A stretch of DNA of 32,000 nucleotides, from the NCBI GenBank assembly GCA_965250005.1, contig OZ252279.1, forward strand, positions 1,800,001 to 1,832,000. The letters are read 5' to 3'. Positions 10,364 through 20,683 of the stretch are shown in pieces (the first letter of the stretch is position 1; every line of letters starts with the position of its first letter). This DNA is from Demequinaceae bacterium. Its GTDB lineage: Bacteria; Actinomycetota; Actinomycetes; Actinomycetales; Demequinaceae. The translations under genes and the position numbers were made by a program. A model generated the notes under the pieces. It made no database searches, was not told the DNA's origin, and worked only from the letters and a program-made list of their open reading frames with translations.

Positions 10364-10552
10364 CAACGGGTGTCGGTGGTGGACCCCCTGGGTCGTACCC
10401 GGGTGTGGACGTTGGATGCGGTGGGGCGTCTGCTGACCTACTCGGTTGCGGGTCAGAGCCAACTGTCGCAGGTGTTTGATGCGGCGGGCCGGTTGACGTC
10501 ACGCACGCTAGGGGACGGCACGCTCACGGGTTACTGTATCGCCCCGGGTTTG

Positions 10553-11470
10553 TTAGAGACTCGTGAATGCCCGCTCCGGGTTCGGCGCGGGGTTGTTCTG
10601 TGAAGCGTAGTGGGCTTGCTCGTATTCGACTGGTGGGACGTGTCCAATCTCGCCGTGGAGGCGTCGGTGGTTGAACCAGTCGATATATTCGACGACCGCG
10701 ATCTCGAGGTCGGTGATGGATCTCCAGGGCCCCCGGTTTCGGACCAGCTCGGCTTTGAATAGCGAGTTGAAGGCTTCCGCGAGGGCGTTGTCGTAGGAGT
10801 CGCCGCGGGAACCGACGGAAGCGACGACACCCGCCTCGCAGAGGCGTTGCGTGTAGCGGATAGCTCGATATTGAACGCCCCTGTCACTGTGATGAATCAG
10901 AGCAGTCACGTCTCGCCCGTCACGATGCCGCGACCACAACCTCATCTCTAAGGCATCCAAAGCCAGGTCGGTGCGTAGCGACGTAGACAGTTGCCAGCCG
11001 ACGACCCGTCGGGAGCACACATCGATCACGAACGCTGCGTAAGCCCAGCCACTGAAGGTGCGAATGTAGGTGATGTCCGCGACCCACAACTGGTCAGGAC
11101 GTTCGGCCCTGAACTGGCGATCCACGAGGTCCAAGGGACGTTCCGTTTCGCCCCCAGGGATCGTCGTGCGAGGAGACTTCACCCGGGCAATGCCTCGTAA
11201 ACCCTCCCGACGCATGAGACGTTCTACGGTGCACCGAGCAACCCGGTGACCTCGCCGAACCAGTTCACCATGGACTTTCCGTACCCCATAGACACCGTAG
11301 TTCTCGGCATGGATTTCACGGATCAAGACGAGAAGACCCGCGTCCCGGACGGCTCTGACCGACGGCGGCCGCGACCGGGCCGCATAGTACGTCGCTGGGG
11401 CGATCGGCAACTGTGCACAGATCGGCTCGACCCCGAAGACATCCTTGTTCTCGTCAATGTAGGTGATCAT
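10553..11470 (-). CDS. IS3-family transposase OrfB (DDE integrase core)
   Basis: 305 aa; HAENYGVYGVRKVHGELVRRG..., LWVADITYIRTFSGWAYAAFVIDVCSRRVVGW..., HHSDRGVQY..., GSRGDSYDNALAEAFNSLFKAEL. Confidence 0.95.
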   Translation of the reverse strand: MITYIDENKDVFGVEPICAQLPIAPATYYAARSRPPSVRAVRDAGLLVLIREIHAENYGVYGVRKVHGELVRRGHRVARCTVERLMRREGLRGIARVKSPRTTIPGGETERPLDLVDRQFRAERPDQLWVADITYIRTFSGWAYAAFVIDVCSRRVVGWQLSTSLRTDLALDALEMRLWSRHRDGRDVTALIHHSDRGVQYRAIRYTQRLCEAGVVASVGSRGDSYDNALAEAFNSLFKAELVRNRGPWRSITDLEIAVVEYIDWFNHRRLHGEIGHVPPVEYEQAHYASQNNPAPNPERAFTSL

Positions 11471-11796
11471 CGTGTCGGTGGGCGGTCGAGCTCCGCCGCG
11501 AAGAAAGCCGAAGCACTCTTCAAGATCGCATTCGCTCGACGTAACTCTCGAACCTCACGCTCCAACACCGCGATCCTCGACGCATCATCGGTCGTGGTCC
11601 CCGGACGATGCCCCCCATCCACCTCCGCGCGCCTCACCCACGTCCGCAACGACTCCCGATGGATCCCCAACTGGTCAGCAATCCTCGCCATCGACCCCCG
11701 GCTCGTCGCCGGGTCCCGTCTCGCATCAAGCGCCAACCGTGTCGCCCGCTCCCTAAGTTCCGGCGAATACTTCCTCGGTGCTCCCATAGTCCTCAT
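11467..11796 (-). CDS. IS3-family transposase OrfA (HTH)
   Basis: MRTMGAPRKYSPELRERATRLALDAR...MARIADQLGIHRESLRTWVRRAEVD; ATGA overlap with orfB. Confidence 0.9.
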   Translation of the reverse strand: MRTMGAPRKYSPELRERATRLALDARRDPATSRGSMARIADQLGIHRESLRTWVRRAEVDGGHRPGTTTDDASRIAVLEREVRELRRANAILKSASAFFAAELDRPPTR

Positions 11797-13180
11797 CCTT
11801 CCCTGCAATGAAAGCCTCCACCAAACCCGGGGCGATACATACACCTATGACGCGTCAGGACGGTTGACCGCGATCGATTATGCGGACCGCGCGGATGCAA
11901 CATTCACGTATACGGATGCTGGTCGTCGGGCGACGGTCACAGATCACCGGGGCACCACCACGTACGCGTACGACTTGCAGGGGCGTCTCACATCGGTGGC
12001 CTCCCCTGAGGGCAGTGTTGGTTACGGATATGACGCCGCCAGCCGGTTGACGTCGTTGACGACCGCCGCGGGCACCACGGCGTATGTGCGCGACGCTCTG
12101 GGACGTATCAGCCAAGTCACCGACCCTGACGGCGGCATCTATGCGATTGCTCGAGATTCTGCGGGCCGAGTCAGTGCGCTCACGTATCCCAACGGTGTCA
12201 TCGAGACGTTCACGCGGGATGCTGCAGGCAGGGCAATGTCCGTCACCGTCGCGGACGCCCTCGGCACCGTGTTGGCCTCCCACACCGCACAACGGGACGT
12301 AGCAGGCCGCATCACTGTCCTGGATGACGTATTCGACGGTGTGGTCGGTGCAGCAGACGTATCACGAGACTTCGGGTACGACGCAGCGGGTCGCCTGACG
12401 CAAGTCATCTCAAATGCAACCGGCAGCTCATCGACCGTTGACTACACGCTCGATGGTCTAGGCAACCGGGCATCCACATCCACAGACGGCACTGTCGTGG
12501 CGTCCACCGTCAATGATCTGGACCAGCTGACCACCCAGGGCAGCAACGCGTTCACCTATGACGACGCGGGCAGGCTCACCGCGGCCACCGGCCCCGCTGG
12601 CACGTCAACGTTTGCGTGGTCCTCCCAGGGTGAACTGCTGTCTGCGGCCACTCCGGCCGGAACCGTCGACTACGCCTACGACACCGATGGCAACGTCACC
12701 ACCCGCACCGAAACCGGCGTGGCTGTGGACTTCGTGTATGACACCGTCAGCGGCCTACCTCGGGCCGTCAGCGCCTCCGACGGCACCTGGTGGGTGTATG
12801 CGGACGGCATGATCCTGGCCCAACACACCGGAACTGGATCAACGGCACCCGGCACCACGGCCTATCTGCACAGTGACGTGCGCGGTGACGTGCGCACCGC
12901 AACCGACGCAACCGGCACAGTCACCGACACATGGACGTGGACCGTCGACGGGCAGCTGACCGCCCGCACCGGCACCACCACCGTCACCGTCGGTTGGCGC
13001 GGCGAAACCGTAGACACCACCACTGGGCTCATCTGGCTCAGAGCCCGCTGGTACGACCCAACAACAGCCCGCTTCCTATCGGCAGACCCATGGCACGGCA
13101 ACCCCGCCAACCCCATCAGCCTCAACCGGTATGCGTACGCCAACGCCGACCCCGTCAACATGCACGACCCGACGGGGCTG

Positions 13181-13825
13181 TCAGTAGAGACTGGCGTGGC
13201 CCCGCTCACCGCCGCGGCCGCGACAAACTCGACGCTGCTAGCGATCTCGATCTACGCGGGCGCGATAGTGCTGGCGAACGTGCTTGGCGTTGTTGCCGGT
13301 CGTGGCCTGACTGCGCTACTTGGCGACGGTCAAGGCCCAGTACTCGACCTTGACGGCCCCGACGACGAGCGCAGAATCGAAGGGACCCCTGAGACTCAGC
13401 TCGAGCCCGATGCTTCGCCGTTTACGCAACCAAACCCGGGTTCGTCTTCGGACGGCAAGGTAGCTGTCTATCGTGTATTCGGAGGACCGTCGGGTGTGAA
13501 TGGAAACTCGTGGACGACGGTTAACCCTGTGGCGTTTGAACATGCGAATGGCGAGGGCTCCTTTCGAGAATTCTCAGGGTTGCCGCCGTTCAACACAGGC
13601 GAGAACCTCGTGAGCGGTTTGATCGATGCTGAGTATCTTGCGGGGCTAGGTGGTCGCTATGGCCTACCGTGGGATCAGGAAAACTATTCCGTTCTTGGGG
13701 AGGGAGTCCCTGAAGTGCTGATTCTAGGTGGATGTAGCAACCCCGCACTCACGTGCTCGGCGCCAGTGCGAGTTCATCCGATGTTTCGGATACTTGACCA
13801 GCACTACAACGGCGGCGTGGGGTAG
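13181..13825 (+). other. Tip of orphan module 1; candidate ART-like toxin
   Basis: Hydrophobic segment LLAISIYAGAIVLANVLGVVAGRGL, then VYRVFGGPSGVNGNSWTTVNP...FREFSGLPPFNTGE...GVPEVLILGGCSNPALTC. Shares motifs with the tips of modules 2 and 3. Confidence 0.5.
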
Positions 13826-13830
13826 GCGCT

Positions 13831-14565
13831 GTGACTGCAGGCACCGAGTTTGCGATTGAGTTTGAGGAGGGGACAGCGCGGCTACCTGATCGAATTGTGA
13901 TCGCGCGCGAACTTCGACTTGGCGAAGTGCCACAGATGGTGGCGAGCCAACTGGGAACAGCGTTTGAAGTCCGGGACCCGGGTGCCGCGGGATACCCCGC
14001 CGGCAGGCAATTTGTCGTCTTGCGCGCCGATCCCCGTCGAGCGCAGCCGCTGGGTAGCCACCGCAACGTCGAATACTGCCGGGCGGACTTCTTCAATTCA
14101 GACGACGCCGCGGTCGGCGGGGCAGTCCAAGCGGGAATAGCCAACGTGTTGGTTCGATCGCTTGCTGCGTTCCCGTACCTGAGCGAAGGGTTTCCTTGTA
14201 GCGATGCTGGCACGCCTAGTCTCGAGACGAGCCTGCGGCTCAAGGTGGACTGGTGGGAAGAAGTCCGCGGACCGGAAATTGTAGGCGTCGTCCCCGCCTT
14301 GGACCGGCCGGCGCCTGCTTGGCTCAAGGGCTTTGGCGGTCAAGTGGTGAGCCTCGATGCGCCGGTGTCCTGGACCCCTACTGCGGGTATGAACATGAAC
14401 GGGGTTGCGTCGCTCGAGGTTTCGACCGCCCTCGTACACCGCGCCCTCGGCGGCGCGACTGACAATGGCGCACACCTATACGTGAGCCCGTTCTGGGACG
14501 GTGAACTGCATCGCGCGACGATTAGCACGGTCTTCTCTGCGAGTTCCGCGTCCGCAGTGGGCTAG
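13831..14565 (+). CDS. Putative immunity protein of module 1
   Basis: 244-aa ORF starting GTG 5 bp after the tip stop; position directly downstream of a toxin tip; no family recognised. Confidence 0.5.
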   Translation: MTAGTEFAIEFEEGTARLPDRIVIARELRLGEVPQMVASQLGTAFEVRDPGAAGYPAGRQFVVLRADPRRAQPLGSHRNVEYCRADFFNSDDAAVGGAVQAGIANVLVRSLAAFPYLSEGFPCSDAGTPSLETSLRLKVDWWEEVRGPEIVGVVPALDRPAPAWLKGFGGQVVSLDAPVSWTPTAGMNMNGVASLEVSTALVHRALGGATDNGAHLYVSPFWDGELHRATISTVFSASSASAVG

Positions 14566-14730
14566 GCAGTTGAGTTCGACCGCAAGAAAGGACGACTTCG
14601 CGCCGAAGCGCCGTACGTGCATCCCGATTGAAAGGGCAACGGAGCGGGAAGTCGCCCCGAGAAGAGCGGATTCTGGTCCGATTTATGACGGTCGTTCGAT
14701 AATGATCCTTGACGGAGGGAGTGGTATCTG

Positions 14731-14994
14731 GTGGGAGAGTCCGTGAATGAGGTAGATGTTTGGCGTGGCAAGGAGCACTTGGTCGACGCTCTCAATGAGA
14801 TTTATGCCGACTTGACTTCCCCGACTGGCCCGGAGGAGCCATGGGAGAACCCAACTCTCGAAAGCTTCCTAGAGTCATTCATCGCCCAAATGGATAATCT
14901 TGGCGACAGCCGTAAGTACCGGAAGGAGGGCGTTCCTGATAACGCGTGGGAAATCATCGGGGATACGTTCCGGTGGGATCGGTATTACGAGTGA
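14731..14994 (+). CDS. Small DUF7660-like protein, possible orphan immunity gene
   Basis: 87 aa; WENPTLESFLESFIAQMDNLG...YRKEGVPDNAWEIIGDTFRWDRYYE resembles the WENxTLexFLeAmaaWieDmdg...W..fAdiLmaAkiYE pattern as remembered; GGAGGGAG upstream. Confidence 0.5.
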   Translation: MGESVNEVDVWRGKEHLVDALNEIYADLTSPTGPEEPWENPTLESFLESFIAQMDNLGDSRKYRKEGVPDNAWEIIGDTFRWDRYYE

Positions 14995-15156
14995 ACCCGG
15001 TCGGTCTGGCGCCTTCCGTGAGCAGGTACCTGCTTTCAAATCATCCCGCCCATTGGAGAAGCCATTATCATGCATGGCGCCTCGAAGGCCCGCGAATCTG
15101 ACCGCACGTCGAGTCCCGCAGGCCGTTGTGTCTCATTAGGGACCAGGCACTGATCT

Positions 15157-16053
15157 GTGGCCTATGAGAATTCGAATAGCGGCGACGTTGGAGTTCTCGA
15201 TACCGTTGTGAACATGGCCGATACGGATGATGATGGCGAGACCGCGTGGCGAGCACGCATCGAGAGGGTGTTCGCGCTGTCCCCCGAGTATCGGCGGGTT
15301 CTTGAATCTGGACTGCCGGAGATCCCGGGAAGTGCACTCGCTCTGGATCGCTCGGCGCTCCCTGTGTATGCGACCGCGACGCTTGCGTGGACAGGTATCG
15401 CATCGGCGCTGGAACACCTCGTCGCCGCCGCTCACTTGTGGGTATCGCTCGGACGCAACACTGCGCCGCGAGCGTTCTACACGCTGTTGAGGCCCGCTCT
15501 CGTTGGCGCCGCGCAAGCGCATTGGTTGCTGTCTCCCGATGATCGCAACACGCGGCTCATGCGGGCTCGATTGCTCACGATCGAAACGCACAAGCGCGAA
15601 CGCCAGTTCTATGAAGGACTACGCGAGCTTGTCCCGCTCGCAGGCAACCCCGGTGAAGCTGGTCTTGAGCTTGAGAGCAAGGTGAATTCCCTCTCCGGCA
15701 GAATCAAAGCGGTGCAGTCTGACCTGCCGGACGAACGGGACAACTCCTCGGTCACGGCGATCGTGGAGAGCCTCTCCAAGGAGATCTACGAATCCCAACC
15801 GGAGATGCGCGTCGGTGTCCTCGCACTGTGGAGGCGATCGAGCGGTGATGCCCACGCGTTGCCATGGACCGCACAGCATCGAGAGGGCTGGAGGGAGCGC
15901 GTTCAACCTCCCAGGAGTGCTGATCCAGCAGACACGAGAAGCGTGCGAGACGAAGCTACGTGCTCGGATGTGGGCCAAATGGTCGCTACTGCGCACCTGC
16001 TAGTCGACGAAGCGCTCACACTGTACAACTCGCGTCGTCGCAAGAGTTCCTAG
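15157..16053 (+). CDS. Hypothetical protein
   Basis: 298-aa ORF on the island strand, no recognisable motif; the N-terminal start codon is uncertain. Confidence 0.5.
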   Translation: MAYENSNSGDVGVLDTVVNMADTDDDGETAWRARIERVFALSPEYRRVLESGLPEIPGSALALDRSALPVYATATLAWTGIASALEHLVAAAHLWVSLGRNTAPRAFYTLLRPALVGAAQAHWLLSPDDRNTRLMRARLLTIETHKRERQFYEGLRELVPLAGNPGEAGLELESKVNSLSGRIKAVQSDLPDERDNSSVTAIVESLSKEIYESQPEMRVGVLALWRRSSGDAHALPWTAQHREGWRERVQPPRSADPADTRSVRDEATCSDVGQMVATAHLLVDEALTLYNSRRRKSS

Positions 16054-16095
16054 CGCCAACTTCTTGACGCATCGGGCGTATGACTCGGTGGCCTT

Positions 16096-19000
16096 CGCCC
16101 GCGACTCGAGCGGCAGGGTCACGGCGGTGACCACTCCCGGCGGCCTGGTGACGGACTACCGCTACGACGGTGCTGGCGACCTGGTCGCGGTCACGGACCC
16201 CGAGGGCTACGTCACTAACTACGCGTACAACTCGAAGCACTACCTGACCGGAATCATCGACCCGCTGGGTCGCGTCCCGGCCCGCAACGAGTACGACGAG
16301 GACGGCCGCCTGGTCGCGATCGTCGACGCACAGGGCAACCGCATCGAAATCAACGCGGACCCGGACGCGCGCACCCAGACGGTCACCGACCGCCTGGGCA
16401 ACGTGACCGTTCAGACGTTCGACGCGGGCGGCTACCTGATCGGCCAAGTGTTCGCGGACGGCACCACCGAGGCGTACACCAACGACGCACTGGGCAACCG
16501 CACGTCTCGCACGGACGGTCTGGGCAACACATGGACTGCCACGTATGACGCAAGCCAAAACCGCACGTCCGTCACGGACCCGCTTGGCAACACCAAGACG
16601 TGGACCTACGACGCATCCAACCGCCTGATCAGTGCTACGGATGTGCTGGGCCGCACCACCGCAGTCACATACGACGCGCGCGGCAACGCCACCACGGTGA
16701 CGTACCCGGACGGCACCCAGGTGACGTTCACGTACGACGCGGCAGGCAACATGCTCACCGAGACGGACGAGTCTGGTCGCACCACCACGAACGTCTACGA
16801 CGCGACGGGACGCCGGACATCCACGACGTCCCCGGGCGGCTCGGTCACCAGTTACACATACGACGCGGATGGTCGCATCAGCACCGTCACGGACGCCGAG
16901 GGTGGAGTGACCGCGCGCACCTACGACGGTCGCGGTCTGATAACCGGCTCCACGGATGCGCTGGGTGCGCTCAGCCAGTCCGGGTTTGACGCACTAGGTC
17001 AGCGCACCTCGTATGTGGATGCGGTGGGCGGTACGTCGTCCATGGCTTATGACGAGTTGGGGCAGATGACGTCCCGCACGTCCCCCACGGCAGACGTGTC
17101 CAGCTACGTCTACGACGCGGCGGGCCGCATGGTTGGCTCCACCAGCCCCGACGGCGTGGTGCGGACCACCGCTTACGATGTGCTCGGGCGGGTGTTGAGT
17201 TCGAAGGTGGATGGCGTGACGGTGTCGAGCCGCATATACGACGCCGCGGGGCGAGTTGTCACGGCCACCAATGCGACGGGCAACACGACGTCTTACGGGT
17301 ACGACGCTGCGGGCCGGACTATTCAGGTCTCGTTTGCGGATGGCACCACGGCCACGACCGCGTTTGACGCGGCAGGCCAGGTGACGTCGATGACGTCCCC
17401 GACAGGCACGACCAGTTACGTGTATGACGTGCGTGGGCGGGCAACATCAGTGACGGGCCTCGATGGGACCGTGACCTCCTACACGTACGACGCTGCAGGC
17501 CGGGTGCTGACGCAGACGGCCGCAGACGGTGCGGTGACGACGTTCACGTACGACGCGGACGGGCGTATGGCGTCCGCGAGCGACCCACTGGGTAACACCG
17601 CACAGGTGTCGTATGACGGCAACGGCCAGCGAGTGTCGGTGGTTGACCCCCTGGGTCGTACCCGGGTGTGGACGTTGGATGCGGTAGGTCGTCTGCTGAC
17701 CTATTCGGTTGCGGGCGCCAGCCAACTGACGCAGATCTTTGATGCGGCGGGCCGGTTGACGTCACGCACGCTAGGTGACGGCACACTCACCGCCTACACG
17801 TATGACGCTTCGGGCCGTTTGACCGCGATCGATTACACGGACCGCGCGGACGCAACATTCACGTATACGGATGCAGGACGCCGGGCAACGGTCACAGATC
17901 ACCGCGGCACGACTTCTTATGGATACGACTCGCAGGGTCGTCTCACATCGGTGGCCTCCCCTGAGGGCAGTATCGGCTACGGATATGACGCCGCAAGCCG
18001 CATGGTCTCGATCACGACTGCCGCAGGCACCACCACATACGTGCGGGACGACCTGGGCCGCATCAGCGGCGTGACCGACCCTGAAGGTGGCGTCTACGCG
18101 ATCGGGCGCGATACTGCGGGCCGCGTCAGTACGGTCACCTACCCGAACGGCGTCACGGAAACCTTCACACGGGACGCTGCAGGCAGGGTCATGTCCGTCA
18201 CCGTCACGGACGCCCTCGGCACCGTGTTGGCCTCACACACCGCACAACGGGACGTCGCAGGCCGCATCACTGTCCTGGATGACGTGTTCGCCGGTGTTGT
18301 GGGTGCCGCGGACGTATCACGAGACTTCGGATACGACGCCGCAGGCCGTCTGACGCAGGTGGTTTCCGATGCGACCGGCACGGCCTCGACCACCGACTAC
18401 GTGTTGGATGGCCTGGGCAACAGGGCGTCAACGTCCACGGACGGCACTGTCGTAGCGTCCACCGTGAATGACTTAGACCAGCTGACGTCTCAGGGCAGCA
18501 ACGCATTCACCTACGACGACGCGGGCCACCTCACCTCAGCCACAGGCCCCGGTGGCACGTCCACATTTGCGTGGTCATCGCAAGGTGAACTACTCACCGC
18601 AGCCACCCCGTCTGGAACCGTCGACTACGCCTACGACACCGATGGCAACGTCACCACCCGCACCGAAACCGGCGTGGCTGTGGACTTCGTGTACGACACT
18701 GTCAGCGGACTTCCGCGGGCCGTCAGCGCCACGGATGGCACGTGGTGGGTGTATGCGGACGGCATGGTCCTGGCGCAACACACCGGTACTGGATCAACGA
18801 CACCCGGCACGACCGCCTACCTCCACGGTGACGTGCGCGGTGACGTGCGCACCGTAACCGACGCCACCGGCACTGTCACGGACACGTTCACGTGGACCGT
18901 CGACGGTCAGCTGACCGCCCGCACCGGCACCACCACCGTCACCGTCGGTTGGCGCGGCGAAACCGTAGACACCACCACCGGGCTCATCTGGCTCAGAGCC

Positions 19001-19780
19001 CGCTGGTACGACCCAACAACAGCCCGCTTCCTATCGGCAGACCCATGGCACGGCAACCCCGCCAACCCCATCAGCCTCAACCGGTATGCGTACGCCAACG
19101 CCGACCCCGTCAACCTCCACGACCCGACAGGGCTTGCGGTGTTGACCGATACCCTGGCCGCCGCAGAGATCCGCGGCGCTCTCGCTGGAATTGCGCTCAG
19201 CCTCTACGGGTTGGCGACTCTGAAGGCAATCGAGGCGATGGTCGGCGTTGTAGCGCCGCCTGGTGAAGCGCCGCTCCCGCCCGGTGTTGAGGATCCCCGC
19301 AACGATTCAGAGTTCTCCCTGAACGCGGCGCCGGATTGGCTCAAGTATCCAACCAGAACGGACTCGCGGGTAACCGTATACCGGGTCTGGGGTGGGATAT
19401 CTGATCCGTTCGGCGCATCCTGGACGACCGTCGACCCCAGGTCCATTGAAAAGGAGTTCGGGACCGGGTCGTTCCGCTACTACTCAGGGATCCCCTACGG
19501 AAACACGGCTGAGTGGGTAACCACCGGCGTACTCGAGGCGCGCGCGACAGTCCAATTCCAAGACGCACGTCAGATTGCTGGCACCAACCCGCTCGAGAGC
19601 GATTTTGGCTATCTAGTGGATGGTAATGGCGGCCGCGACGTAACGCAGAACGGCGGAGGTGTTGTGCCAGAAGTCATTATCCCTGGAGGTTGCGCTAATC
19701 CAAGCATGATTTGTATCTCGCACGATAGGTTGGATTCTAGTTGGGGACCGAGCGAAGGCGACTTTGTTTGGCTTCCATAG
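16096..19780 (+). pseudogene. Orphan RHS module 2: nearly the full YD region plus core and ART-like candidate tip, lacking the N-terminus
   Basis: ORF 16064-19780 (nominal TTG start, no ribosome-binding site); homology to the main gene begins at about 16096 versus 5984; core ends NRYAYANADPVNLHDPTG. Confidence 0.85.
19133..19780 (+). other. Tip of orphan module 2; candidate ART-like toxin
   Basis: LAVLTDTLAAAEIRGALAGIALSLYGLATLKAIE...TVYRVWGGISDPFGASWTTVDP...FRYYSGIPYGNTAEWVTTGVL...GGGVVPEVIIPGGCANPSMIC. Confidence 0.5.
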
Positions 19781-19820
19781 GGCAGACAGTGGGCCAGTGT
19801 GTGATGACGGGAGAGTGCTG

Positions 19821-20609
19821 ATGGCCGACGAGTTGACATTCGATACCGATGTGGTTGGGCAGACCTACTTTCTCGGTCGACCACTAGCACGCTCGGACTT
19901 CGTCAAGGTGCTTCACGTTGGAACGGGCGCGATGATCGTACGACTGTATGAGGGGCGCCCTCCCGTGCGGTGGTCCGAACCTCCTTCCTTCCCGGTCTTG
20001 AGAGTCGGCGATGATGAGTCGCCTTCAGCAGTGAAATCGCTTCTGATCTCCGAGTTCTTGGCGCTTGAACCTGTGCCGCTTGCAATTACCTCCGGTATGA
20101 CGAATGGTGAAATGCAGGCTGGTGGGGCTGCGTTACGTGTTCGTGGCGGCGAGTTGGCGCCAGATGTTCGGCGTCAACTCGAAGATCTCCCGCCTTCGCG
20201 CCACTCTGCGTTCGAGATCCGGGCTGCTGAAGCGACACTTGCGAATGGAGAGGTTCTGCTGCGGGTGGCGTTTATTGAGCGATCTGCGAACTCGGATCTC
20301 TTGGCAGCTTCGCGCGAAGATGTTGTTGAGGCTGGCGCCGTTGTGAGCATTTCCGCTTCACGCCTTGCACTGCCCGCTGCTATCGCCAGCGAGCTCTACG
20401 AGCGCCCGGAGACGTCGATGGGTGGTCAGGAATTTGTACTCAAGATGCGAGACGGTGCGAAGATCCGGTTTGAAACTGGCGGGATCGTGGACTTTCCAGG
20501 GTTTCCTGAAGGCTATTCAGGAACCGACGTGGAGGCGGTTTGCGCGGAGGGCGAGGTTTCTAGCACCTCAGGTGAACCGCAGCCATCCCTCGCGTGGTGC
20601 GTGTACTAG
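19821..20609 (+). CDS. Putative immunity protein of module 2
   Basis: MADELTFDTDVVGQTYFLGRP...; ATG with GGGAG upstream. The C-terminal two-thirds closely resembles the 23050-23820 product. Confidence 0.6.
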   Translation: MADELTFDTDVVGQTYFLGRPLARSDFVKVLHVGTGAMIVRLYEGRPPVRWSEPPSFPVLRVGDDESPSAVKSLLISEFLALEPVPLAITSGMTNGEMQAGGAALRVRGGELAPDVRRQLEDLPPSRHSAFEIRAAEATLANGEVLLRVAFIERSANSDLLAASREDVVEAGAVVSISASRLALPAAIASELYERPETSMGGQEFVLKMRDGAKIRFETGGIVDFPGFPEGYSGTDVEAVCAEGEVSSTSGEPQPSLAWCVY

Positions 20610-20683
20610 CCGCAGCGTCGGACTGCGCAGTTCGGGCATTCCTGGACGATCGATGACCCAGCCCAGCCGACCGCGTCGGCTGT

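Larger units (their letters stand above)
10535..11839 (-). mobile_element. IS3-family insertion sequence, complete-looking
   Basis: TIR TGTATCGCCCCGGGTTTG at 10535 and its reverse complement ending at 11839; TAC duplication at 10532-10534 and 11840-11842; orfA/orfB inside. Confidence 0.9.

Noticed and set aside
16016-16558. Minus-strand ORFs repeated at each core copy (e.g. 16016-16558, 6032-6445)
   Set aside because: Recurring antisense readings of the YD repeats, explained by the duplicated core and not by separate genes.
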